Below, in pieces: positions 9,346 to 17,459 of a stretch of 32,000 bases of DNA. Positions within the stretch are counted from its first letter, which is position 1. Every line of letters begins with the position of its first letter. A model generated the notes under the pieces. It was not told where the DNA came from. It did not search any database and worked only from the letters and a program-made list of their open reading frames with translations. Origin of the DNA: Vibrio vulnificus CMCP6 (GTDB lineage: Bacteria; Pseudomonadota; Gammaproteobacteria; Enterobacterales; Vibrionaceae). The position numbers were made by a program, and so were the translations under genes. Location of the stretch: contig NC_004460.2 in the NCBI RefSeq assembly GCF_000039765.1, positions 1,410,001 through 1,442,000 on the forward strand. Direction: 5' to 3'.

Positions 9346-10338
9346 ATGGACAAGATAATCAATACTAATAAAGCGTCCGAACCAAGTGAAATGATTGCTC
9401 GTGAGCCTCGTTTCTCGTGGAAAAAGACGAAAAAAACACTGGGTAAAATTTACGCATTTTTCTATGGCAACCCGCCCGCCATTATCGGTGGCTTGTTGCT
9501 GACTATCATTCTCTGCGGTGCGCTGTTTGCGCCAGTATTGGCGACGCACAACCCAGAAAAGCGCGTTGCTCGCCCACATGTGGCACCAAACGCAGAATAC
9601 GTGCTTGGCACCACACGCAGTGGCCGCGATGTTTACAGCCAAGTGCTGCATGGTGCGCGCAAATCACTCACGGTAGCGATCGCCGCGGGTGTGATTGCCA
9701 TGAGCCTAGCGGTGATCATTGGTGTTTCATCCGGCTACTTCGGCGGCAAAATCGATGAGCGCCTTAACTTTCTGACCAACGTTTTTCTGGTGTTCCCACA
9801 ACTGCCCTTGCTGATTGTGCTCGCCGCCTTTCTTGGTCAAGTGGGCTCCTTAGTCATTACGGTTCTGCTCGGCATCACCTCCTGGCCGTGGGGGGCGCGC
9901 GTAATACGTTCGCAAACCATGGCGATTCGAAACAAAGAATTCATCATCTCAGCGGAAGTGATGGGTGAGTCAAAAATTCGCATCATCTTGGTCGAAATTC
10001 TGCCAAACCTCGTTTCCATCGTATTCGGTGGCTTCTTAGGCACCGTGATTTACGCCATGGGCGCGGAAGCGGGCCTAGGCATTCTTGGCTTAGGTGACGC
10101 AACCGAAGTGAGCTGGGGCTCGATGCTTTACTGGGCGCAAACTTCCTCGTCGCTCTACACAGGGGCATGGTGGGAGATGCTGGTTCCGGCGTCGGCACTG
10201 GCGATTACTGGCGGCGCGTTGGCGCTGATCAACATGTCGATTGACCAAGTGAGCAACCCGAAACTGCGCACTGGCCCACACATCAAACTGTGGCATCAAT
10301 TGAAAAAGCAAGCCGATAAACGCCGAGGTCTACTATGA
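9346..10338 (+). CDS. Opp/Dpp-type ABC permease (DppC/OppC-like)
   Basis: 330-aa polytopic protein with 'LGTTRSGRDVYSQVLHGAR' and a C-terminal 'DQVSNPKLR', both typical of the DppC/OppC family. Confidence 0.9.
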   Translation: MDKIINTNKASEPSEMIAREPRFSWKKTKKTLGKIYAFFYGNPPAIIGGLLLTIILCGALFAPVLATHNPEKRVARPHVAPNAEYVLGTTRSGRDVYSQVLHGARKSLTVAIAAGVIAMSLAVIIGVSSGYFGGKIDERLNFLTNVFLVFPQLPLLIVLAAFLGQVGSLVITVLLGITSWPWGARVIRSQTMAIRNKEFIISAEVMGESKIRIILVEILPNLVSIVFGGFLGTVIYAMGAEAGLGILGLGDATEVSWGSMLYWAQTSSSLYTGAWWEMLVPASALAITGGALALINMSIDQVSNPKLRTGPHIKLWHQLKKQADKRRGLL

Positions 10339-11288
10339 GTCAGTTACTTGAAATCAATAACTTGTGCGTAGATTACGTCTCACCAAATGGCGTGGCGCGC
10401 GCAGTGAACAACGTCAGCTTAACCATCGCTCCTGGTGAAACGCTCGGACTGGCTGGCGAATCGGGCTGTGGTAAAAGTACCTTAGCTTTCGCCATCTCGC
10501 GTCTGCATAAAGCGCCTGCGCTGATCTCGGAGGGGGAAATCCTCTACAAAGGGCAAGACGTGCTGAAGATGAACGATCGCCAATTGCGCGATTTTCGCTG
10601 GAACGATGTGTCGGTGGTGTTCCAGAGCGCGATGAACTCGCTCAACCCAGTGATCACCATTGGTGAGCAGCTTACGGATGTGATTTTGGCACACCGTAAA
10701 ATCCCTTACAAACAAGCTCATGAGCGTGCGGTGGAACTGCTGAAAGTGGTGGGGATTCACGGCGATCGCATGAGCAGCTTTCCGCACCAACTTAGTGGCG
10801 GTATGAGACAGCGTGTGGTGATTGCGGTTGCTTTGGCGCTTGAGCCGAAACTGATCATCATGGATGAGCCAACCACGGCGCTGGATGTGGTGGTTGAGCG
10901 TGAAATCCTCAACGAGCTGTACGAGCTCAAGAGCAAGTTTGGCTTCTCGATTTTGTTCATCAGCCACGACTTGAGTTTGATGGGTGAAATTGCCGATCGC
11001 ATTGGCGTGATGTACGCGGGCAACCTGATTGAGCTGGGCGAGGCGAAGCAAGTGTTTGGCAATCCACAGCACCCTTATACCAAAGGGCTTATCTCATCGT
11101 TCCCGACTATTCACGGGCCGAAAGAGCGCCTTTACGGTATTCCGGGCAACCCAGTGAACCTGCTCAACATCCCGACAGGGTGTAATTTCCAAGAGCGCTG
11201 CGGTGTCTGCGCGTCGGTTTGTAAGCAGCAAGACCCTCGTTTAATGCATGCCGATAACGGCAGCCTAGTCTCGTGTCATTTGGTGTAG
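10335..11288 (+). CDS. Opp/Dpp-type ABC ATPase (DppD/OppD-like)
   Basis: Walker A 'GESGCGKST', signature 'LSGGMRQR', Walker B 'LIIMDEPTTALD' and a Cys-rich C-terminal oligopeptide-transporter domain ('CNFQERCGVCASVC'). ATGA overlap with the permease stop. Confidence 0.93.
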   Translation: MSQLLEINNLCVDYVSPNGVARAVNNVSLTIAPGETLGLAGESGCGKSTLAFAISRLHKAPALISEGEILYKGQDVLKMNDRQLRDFRWNDVSVVFQSAMNSLNPVITIGEQLTDVILAHRKIPYKQAHERAVELLKVVGIHGDRMSSFPHQLSGGMRQRVVIAVALALEPKLIIMDEPTTALDVVVEREILNELYELKSKFGFSILFISHDLSLMGEIADRIGVMYAGNLIELGEAKQVFGNPQHPYTKGLISSFPTIHGPKERLYGIPGNPVNLLNIPTGCNFQERCGVCASVCKQQDPRLMHADNGSLVSCHLV

Positions 11289-11299
11289 GGAGCGGAAAC

Positions 11300-12286
11300 A
11301 TGCAACAAGTAAACACACCTGAAGTGATTCTTTCGATCAAGAATCTGGTGAAAGATTTCCCGCTGGGCCAATCGGTCAAAAGCAATTTGATGCGCGCGGT
11401 AAACGATGTGTCGTTTGAGCTGCGCAAAGGTGAAGCGCTGGCGATTGTGGGCGAATCCGGCTCGGGTAAAAGCACGGGGGCGCGTATTCTCACCCGTATC
11501 TACGAGAAAACCGCGGGGGAAGTGACGTTTAAAGGCCAGCCGCTGGCCGATTACATCAAAGAAAATGGCGAGCTGGAATACGCGCGCCAGGTGCAGATGA
11601 TTTTCCAAGACCCCTTTGGTTCACTCAATCCGGTGCACACCATTTATCACCACATTGCGCGCCCGTTGCAGATCCACCAACGTGCCGATAAAGCGGCGAT
11701 TCCTAAGTTAGTGTATGAACTGTTGGAACTGGTGGGTTTGTCACCGGCCAAAGAGACGGCGGAAAAATACCCGCACGAACTCAGTGGCGGCCAGCGCCAG
11801 CGCGTGGCGATTGCGCGTGCGATTGCTGTTGACCCTGAAGTGATTTTGGCCGATGAGCCCATCTCAATGCTGGATGTGTCCGTTCGCTTAGGCATTTTGA
11901 ACTTGATGGCGGATCTCAAAGACAAGCACGGCATCTCATTTATGTACATCACTCACGATATCGCAACCGCACGTTACTTCGCTGAGAAGACCGCGGTGAT
12001 GTACGTTGGCCACATGGTGGAGTGGGGCGACAGCGATAGCGTGACGCAAAATCCGCAGCACCCATATTCGCAACTGCTGCTCTCGGCAGTGCCAGAAGTG
12101 GGCAAGGCGGGCAAACGCGAGCTGCAGGCGAAAAAAGGTGAAATTCCACTGTGGAAGCCAAGCAGTGTCGGTTGCCCATTTGCGGCTCGCTGCCTTAAAG
12201 CCACCGAGTTGTGTACGCGTTCTCTGCCAGAACCGACGCAGATTGCGGAAAACCATTTTGCTCGTTGCCATCACCTTGTTGGGTGA
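11300..12286 (+). CDS. Opp/Dpp-type ABC ATPase (DppF/OppF-like)
   Basis: Walker A 'GESGSGKST', signature 'LSGGQRQRVAIARA', Walker B 'ILADEPISMLD' and a C-terminal 'CPFAARC...ARCH' domain. ATG 11300 with a GGGAG Shine-Dalgarno (11288-11292) is preferred over the track's GTG at 11273. Confidence 0.92.
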   Translation: MQQVNTPEVILSIKNLVKDFPLGQSVKSNLMRAVNDVSFELRKGEALAIVGESGSGKSTGARILTRIYEKTAGEVTFKGQPLADYIKENGELEYARQVQMIFQDPFGSLNPVHTIYHHIARPLQIHQRADKAAIPKLVYELLELVGLSPAKETAEKYPHELSGGQRQRVAIARAIAVDPEVILADEPISMLDVSVRLGILNLMADLKDKHGISFMYITHDIATARYFAEKTAVMYVGHMVEWGDSDSVTQNPQHPYSQLLLSAVPEVGKAGKRELQAKKGEIPLWKPSSVGCPFAARCLKATELCTRSLPEPTQIAENHFARCHHLVG

Positions 12287-12312
12287 TGGCCAGTTAACTT
12301 TTTAAAAAAGCG

Positions 12313-12334
12313 AAAAAGAAAGCGCTTTCTTTTT
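12313..12334. promoter_or_regulatory. LacI-type operator copy D (between the ATPase gene and the 1149-aa gene)
   Basis: Perfect 22-bp palindrome AAAAAGAAAGCGCTTTCTTTTT. The core ends 18 nt before the ATG at 12349. Confidence 0.7.
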
Positions 12335-12348
12335 GTTGGAATGAAATT

Positions 12349-15300
12349 ATGAAGCTAGAACATCAAAAAAATCAGAACGTTGAAGGTTCGTTTGTCGATT
12401 TGCTCGGTGAGCGTTACTACAAAATTGCCCACGTTGACAAAATGGCCCCATTTTTCATTAGCGTGGTCTCCTCCAGCGACCATTGGCTGTTTATCTCATC
12501 AACAGGCAGTTTGTCGGCTGGCCGAATTCGTCCTGAAAATGCTCTTTTTCCCTACAAGTCTGTGGATCATATTCATGAAAGCGCGGAAAACACGGGCTCG
12601 AAAACCATTGTCCGTGTACAGCAAGATGGCCGTTGGGTACTGTGGGAACCGTTCAACCGTTTCCACGATGGCTTGTACCAAGTCGAGCGCAATCTCTACA
12701 AAAACAGCATTGGTGACAAAATCGTTTTTGAAGAGCTTAACCACACGCTAAAGCTGAAATTCCAATACGCTTGGGCCAGCAGCGATGAGTTTGGCTTTGT
12801 TCGCCGCGCGCAAATCAGCGATCTCTCTGGTCAAGATCGTGAGCTGGATATTCTCGACGGTCTACAAAACCTGTTGCCATCGGGTGCACCATTGGCAGCG
12901 TTACAAACGCGCAGTGCCTTAGTGGATGCCTACAAGTGGAATGAACAAGTGGAAGGCACGTCACTGGCGCTTTACACCATGTACGCTAAGTTGAGTGACC
13001 GCGCAGAGCCTGCCGAATCACTGTTGGCGACCACGGTGTTTAGCATTGATAACGACTACGGCCAAATTCTTCTCAGCAGCGAACAGCTCGGCGCGTTCCG
13101 CTGTGGTGAGCCGATTGTCAATGAGCCACTGACGCGTGGCGTGCGCGGCAGTTACTTGATCAACAAAACCATCAAGCTGCCAGCTGGGCAGAGCAAGCAT
13201 TGGCTGATCGTCGCCGATATCGATAAAAACCATTGTGATGTGCGTGCTTTAGAGCAGCAACTTGCGACGCCAGCGAATGTGGAACAGCAGATCGAGGCGA
13301 GCATCGCGCAAAATCAGCAAGAGTTGGTTGCTCTGATGTCCGGCGGTGACGCATGGCAAGTGACCGCAGAAGAGACCACGTTTGTGCACCACTACGCCAA
13401 CGTACTGTTCAACAGCATGCGTGGCGGCGTGATTGAAAACAACTACCAGCTCGACAAGCAAGACGTGCTGAAAACCATGCGCAAAACCAATCAACAGGTG
13501 GTGGCGCGCCAGCAAACCTTCTTTGCCGACCTGCCTGAGAGCTTTACTCATGCAGAGTTGGTTCGTCTGGCAAAGCTCACTGGTGATGCGCAGTTGGTGC
13601 GTTTGAGCTACGAATACTTGCCACTAACGTTTGGCCGTCGTCATGGTGACCCAAGCCGTCCTTGGAACCACTACGAAATCAAACTCAAAGATGACAAAGG
13701 TGAGCGTTTACTCTCTTACCAAGGCAACTGGCGCGACATTTTCCAAAACTGGGAAGCGTTGGCGCTGAGCTATCCGGGGTTCATCTCTTCATTCATGGCG
13801 AAGTTTGTTAACGCCTCAACCATGGATGGCTACAACCCGTATCGCATCACCAAAGAGGGTATCGATTGGGAACTGCTGGAAGCGGATGATCCGTGGAGCA
13901 ACATCGGTTACTGGGGCGATCACCAGATCATCTATTTGCTCAAATTCCTCGAGTTGGCGAAGAAATATCAACGTGAAGAGCTCAGCGAGCTACTCACCAG
14001 CGATCTGTTTAGCTACGCCAATGTGCCTTACGAGTTGTGTGGCGTGGACAAGTTGTTCGCCAATCCAAAAGACACGGTGTCGTTTAACCACGAACTGCAA
14101 AAGCGTATCGAAGAAAAAGTGGCGAAGCTGGGCAGTGATGGCCGTTTGATCCTCGAAGGGGAAGACAGCGTTTACATGGTGAACTTGTGCGAAAAAGTGC
14201 TGGTGCCTTTGCTATCGAAACTGAGCAATTTGGTGTTGGATGGGGGGATTTGGCTTAACACTCAGCGTCCGGAATGGAACGATGCCAACAATGCGATTGT
14301 CGGCAATGGTCTTTCGATGGTGACTTTGTACTACATGCGTCGTTATGTGGCTTTCTTGCAGGGATTAATGAGTGAACTGCCGTCCTCTGTCTCGATGTCG
14401 AAAGAAGTGTTTGATTGGATGCTCTCCATCACCCGCATTTTGCAAGACGCGACCAAAGAGATCCGCCAAGGCACGGTGAATCGTCAAACACGCAAAGCGA
14501 TGTTGACGCTGCTCGAAAAATCCGCCGATGAGTTCAGACAACGTGTCTACCGCATGAATGGTTTCTCAGGCAAAACCAAAGTGGAGAAAAGTGCACTTGA
14601 GAAACTGTTGGAAGCGAGCCTTGTGGTGCTTGATTCCAGCATCGAAAACAACTTGCGTGAAGACGGCTTGTATAACGCCTACAACATCCTGACTTACTCG
14701 GGTGAAAGCTTAAATATCGAAAATCTCTACCCAATGCTGGAAGGGCAAGTGGCGGTATTGAGTGCGGGTGTGCTCACACCAAAACAAGCCGTTGAGTTGT
14801 TGGATAAGCTGTTTAGCAGCGATATGTACCGTGACGATCAGCAAAGCTTCATGCTCTACCCGGATCGCGAATTGCCGGCGTTTGTCGCGCGTAACCGCAT
14901 TGCGCCTGCGCAAGTGGAAACTCATCGCGTCATCAGTGACATGCTGGCCAAGGGCGATCAACGCATTGTGCAGCGCGACATCCAGGGCGATTGCCATTTC
15001 CACGCCGCGTTTGAAAACGTCGATGGCCTGCGTAACGCGGTTGCCCAAGTGAAAATGGACTACCCTGAGTTCAGCAAAGAGCAGTGGGACGAACTCGATG
15101 TCCTTTATGAGCAGGTGTTTAACCACCGCGCCTTCACCGGCCGCTCTGGTACCATGTTTGGCTACGAAGGCTTGGGCTGTATCTACTGGCACATGGTTTC
15201 TAAACTGCTGTTGGCGGTGCAAGAGAACTACCAACACGCTTGGGAGCAAGATGCAAACAGCGAAGAAACCAAGCAGTTGGCGCAATACTACTACCGCGTT

Positions 15301-15798
15301 CGTCAGGGCATTGGCTTTAACAAAACGCCACAAAATTACGGCGCGTTCCCAACCGACCCATACTCGCATACGCCAAAGCACGCTGGTGCGCAGCAGCCTG
15401 GCATGACGGGCCAAGTGAAAGAAGAAGTGCTAACGCGTTTTGCCGAACTGGGTATTGAGGTTAACGCGCAGCGCATTGGTCTTCAGCCAACGCTATTGAG
15501 AAAGCAAGAGTTCCTCACACAAGCTACCACCTTTAGCTGTTTGAGCGTCTCGGGTGAGAAGCGCAGCTACGTGGTGGAAGCCAGTCAGTTAGCCTTCACT
15601 TACTGCCAAGTGCCGTTCATTTACCAGCTCAGCGAGCAGGATAAAGGACACATTGAAGTGATGATGAGTGACGACAGCGTGCAGTTGTTTGAGCAACTTG
15701 AGCTTGATGAGCGTATTAGCCAAGCAATTTTCGCTCGCACTGGCGAGGTGGAAAAAGTGGTGGTGAGCTTGCCAGAATCGATGCTGTATCGCGGTTAA
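12349..15798 (+). CDS. Large cytoplasmic protein of unassigned family; proposed GH94-clan glycoside phosphorylase (GH149/GH161-like beta-1,3-glucan phosphorylase)
   Basis: Uninterrupted 1149-aa ORF with no signal peptide. 'RPEWNDANNA' (nt 14266-14295) resembles the catalytic (D/E)WND segment of GH94 phosphorylases. The gene sits in a beta-glucan locus behind its own operator copy. The CDS itself is certain; the function is a hypothesis. Confidence 0.55.
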   Translation: MKLEHQKNQNVEGSFVDLLGERYYKIAHVDKMAPFFISVVSSSDHWLFISSTGSLSAGRIRPENALFPYKSVDHIHESAENTGSKTIVRVQQDGRWVLWEPFNRFHDGLYQVERNLYKNSIGDKIVFEELNHTLKLKFQYAWASSDEFGFVRRAQISDLSGQDRELDILDGLQNLLPSGAPLAALQTRSALVDAYKWNEQVEGTSLALYTMYAKLSDRAEPAESLLATTVFSIDNDYGQILLSSEQLGAFRCGEPIVNEPLTRGVRGSYLINKTIKLPAGQSKHWLIVADIDKNHCDVRALEQQLATPANVEQQIEASIAQNQQELVALMSGGDAWQVTAEETTFVHHYANVLFNSMRGGVIENNYQLDKQDVLKTMRKTNQQVVARQQTFFADLPESFTHAELVRLAKLTGDAQLVRLSYEYLPLTFGRRHGDPSRPWNHYEIKLKDDKGERLLSYQGNWRDIFQNWEALALSYPGFISSFMAKFVNASTMDGYNPYRITKEGIDWELLEADDPWSNIGYWGDHQIIYLLKFLELAKKYQREELSELLTSDLFSYANVPYELCGVDKLFANPKDTVSFNHELQKRIEEKVAKLGSDGRLILEGEDSVYMVNLCEKVLVPLLSKLSNLVLDGGIWLNTQRPEWNDANNAIVGNGLSMVTLYYMRRYVAFLQGLMSELPSSVSMSKEVFDWMLSITRILQDATKEIRQGTVNRQTRKAMLTLLEKSADEFRQRVYRMNGFSGKTKVEKSALEKLLEASLVVLDSSIENNLREDGLYNAYNILTYSGESLNIENLYPMLEGQVAVLSAGVLTPKQAVELLDKLFSSDMYRDDQQSFMLYPDRELPAFVARNRIAPAQVETHRVISDMLAKGDQRIVQRDIQGDCHFHAAFENVDGLRNAVAQVKMDYPEFSKEQWDELDVLYEQVFNHRAFTGRSGTMFGYEGLGCIYWHMVSKLLLAVQENYQHAWEQDANSEETKQLAQYYYRVRQGIGFNKTPQNYGAFPTDPYSHTPKHAGAQQPGMTGQVKEEVLTRFAELGIEVNAQRIGLQPTLLRKQEFLTQATTFSCLSVSGEKRSYVVEASQLAFTYCQVPFIYQLSEQDKGHIEVMMSDDSVQLFEQLELDERISQAIFARTGEVEKVVVSLPESMLYRG

Positions 15799-15860
15799 TC
15801 ACTAAGCGCTAATGGCTAATCGTTAAGCTTTAAGCGCTTACTTAGCCACTCAAACAGAAA

Positions 15861-15884
15861 CCTGGCCTCGCGATAGAGGCCAGG
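15861..15884 (+). other. GC-rich hairpin upstream of the terminator
   Basis: CCTGGCCTC / GAGGCCAGG 9-bp stem with a 6-nt loop and no T-run. Confidence 0.5.
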
Positions 15885-15896
15885 TGAGAGACATAA

Positions 15897-15926
15897 AGAA
15901 CCCCACCTTTTGGTGGGGTTCTTTTT
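15897..15926 (+). terminator. Rho-independent terminator between convergent genes
   Basis: AGAACCCCACC-tttt-GGTGGGGTTCT stem-loop followed by a run of T. An A-rich stretch on its 5' side could serve the convergent LacI gene as well. Confidence 0.85.
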
Positions 15927-16036
15927 CTGTGTGTCAGTCACGAAAGTCAGCGCAGGAACCAGTGAGCAAAGCCAAGGCACAGGGAAGCTCGCTATGGATT
16001 TCGCTGACGGCAAGGATTGTGAGAGTCGAGCTTGCG

Positions 16037-17047
16037 CTACTTGGTTGCCGCTTGATGTGGTTTCACCGAATCTCTCACCACCAGTTCTGGCGTTAGCTTG
16101 TGCTTTAATGGATAACTCTGTTTATTCACCAAAGCCAAGACCCCTTTGGCAGCTTCGCAGCCCATTTCCATCACCGGGAAGTTCACCGTGGTTAAGCGTG
16201 GGCGAATGTGTTGGCTGTGGGTATCGTTATCAAAACCGACCACAGAGAGATCGTCGCCAATCGCCAATCCGCGTTCTGCGGCCACGTCATAAACTGCGAG
16301 GGCAATGTTGTCGTTTTGACAGAAAATGGCGGTGATTTGTGGATCGCGATCGAGCAGACGGCGCGCCGCTTCGTGGTTGCCTTGATGGTCAAAACGCCCT
16401 TCGACAATCAAATTGGCATCATAGGCAATACCAAACTCAGCCAGTGCATTGCGATAACCTTGTAAGCGATCGCGGCTGTCGCCTTTGCTTAGCTGGCCAG
16501 TAATGCACGCCACTTTGCTGTGGCCATGTTCCAGCAGGTGCTTGGTCGCCAAATACCCACCGAGTTCGTTATCGATAAAAATGCAGTGATCGGCAATTTC
16601 AGGAATGTAGCGGTTCAAAACAATCGTGGCGTTTTGACGCTCAACCACTTCAATCAGTTCATCATCAGAGAGCTTATCGGAATGCACAATCAAACCGTCC
16701 ACCTGCTTTGAGCGCAGGAAGTTGATCGAATCTTGCTCTTTGGTGTGAGACTCTTGACCACTGGTGACGATCAAGTGAATGTTGTTTTGTCTTACCGTGT
16801 CTTCGGCATGGTGCATCAGTGGGCCATAAAACGGGCCGTCTAGCGAGCCAACCAACATGCCAATGCTGTTAGAACGGCTAGATGCCAGCGCCTGAGCAAA
16901 GGCGTTTGGTTTGTAGCCTAGCTTTTCAATCGCTTCGAAGACTTTTTTGCGATTGGCTTCTTTGACCGTTGGATGGTTATTGAGTGCTCTTGAAACCGTT
17001 GATTGAGAGACATTCGCCAGCTCGGATACTTCTTTAATGGTGATCAA
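16037..17047 (-). CDS. LacI-family transcriptional regulator (paralog 2), probable repressor acting on the AGAAAGCGCTTTCT operators
   Basis: HTH 'TIKEVSELANVSQSTVSRALN' plus a sugar-binding core ('VDGLIVH', 'IFCQNDNIALAVYD', 'VVGFDN'). TTG at 17047 has a strong AGGGGAG Shine-Dalgarno 5 nt upstream; the track's start (17080) is also a TTG. The divergent promoter region contains two operator copies. Confidence 0.88.
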   Translation of the reverse strand: MITIKEVSELANVSQSTVSRALNNHPTVKEANRKKVFEAIEKLGYKPNAFAQALASSRSNSIGMLVGSLDGPFYGPLMHHAEDTVRQNNIHLIVTSGQESHTKEQDSINFLRSKQVDGLIVHSDKLSDDELIEVVERQNATIVLNRYIPEIADHCIFIDNELGGYLATKHLLEHGHSKVACITGQLSKGDSRDRLQGYRNALAEFGIAYDANLIVEGRFDHQGNHEAARRLLDRDPQITAIFCQNDNIALAVYDVAAERGLAIGDDLSVVGFDNDTHSQHIRPRLTTVNFPVMEMGCEAAKGVLALVNKQSYPLKHKLTPELVVRDSVKPHQAATK

Positions 17048-17233
17048 TGGAACTCCCCTTATATTGCCTTTTGAGTTCAAGCGGACAGTGTACCTGCGCG
17101 ATGTTCTCTCGCCTAGAATTCTGGTAGCGAAGATAGCAAAACTCTGAACTGCATAACGCCCTGCGAGAGCGGATGCTCACGCTTTGAGCAATTTAACCGT
17201 GTTGCAGGGGATTATAATGTGATCTACGCACAA

Positions 17234-17247
17234 AGAAAGCGCTTGCT
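17234..17247. promoter_or_regulatory. LacI-type operator copy E (distal, LacI/GH17 divergent region)
   Basis: AGAAAGCGCTTGCT, a 13/14 match to the core. It is preceded by ATTATAAT (17211-17218), which reads TATAAT on both strands, and by TGTGATCTA (17218-17226). Confidence 0.6.
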
Positions 17248-17401
17248 TGTTGGTGGCGCTCACGTTTTTCATCCTTATTTGTTTCTAGAATGGTTTTATC
17301 GACGGAGAACATTGTGAACTATGGGTTTGTCAATGTTATTTCTGTCGCTTAGCGAGAGCGCTCTGTCTTCTTGGTTCGTTTTCTCGCTCTTTTTTTAAAA
17401 C

Positions 17402-17423
17402 AAAAAGAAAGCGCTTTCTTTTT
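17402..17423. promoter_or_regulatory. LacI-type operator copy F (proximal to the GH17 gene)
   Basis: Perfect 22-bp palindrome AAAAAGAAAGCGCTTTCTTTTT, identical to copy D. The core ends 40 nt before the ATG at 17460. Confidence 0.7.
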
Positions 17424-17459
17424 GTTTTTGTTCCAATCCATAACGTAAGGACACAAAGA

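Noticed and set aside
10482-11072. 196-aa and 101-aa ORFs antisense to the DppD-like ATPase gene
   Set aside because: These are typical shadow ORFs opposite ABC ATPase genes. The sense frame carries all of the Walker and signature motifs.
12313-12334. Reading the AAAGAAAGCGCTTTCTTT palindromes as RNA hairpins or attenuator-terminators because T-runs follow them
   Set aside because: The palindrome has no loop spacer and its arms are almost pure A/U, so an RNA stem would be very unstable. The symmetry, the central CG and the promoter-proximal placement fit a DNA operator much better.
14710-15414. 234-aa ORF antisense to the 1149-aa gene
   Set aside because: It lies entirely inside a much longer, well-supported sense ORF. 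The translation is low-complexity and rich in Arg, Leu, Val and His, as expected for a shadow frame, and it has no motif or plausible ribosome-binding site.
15910-16335. 141-aa plus-strand ORF spanning the terminator region and the 3' end of the LacI gene
   Set aside because: It starts inside the terminator hairpin, overlaps the well-supported minus-strand LacI CDS, and its composition looks non-protein-like.
17218-17233. Canonical CRP sites at TGTGATCTACGCACAA (also 21155-21170 and 6467-6482)
   Set aside because: Only the left half-site TGTGA is good. The right halves match TCACA poorly, or only with the wrong 5-nt spacing. I kept these as a low-interest observation rather than annotating them as features.
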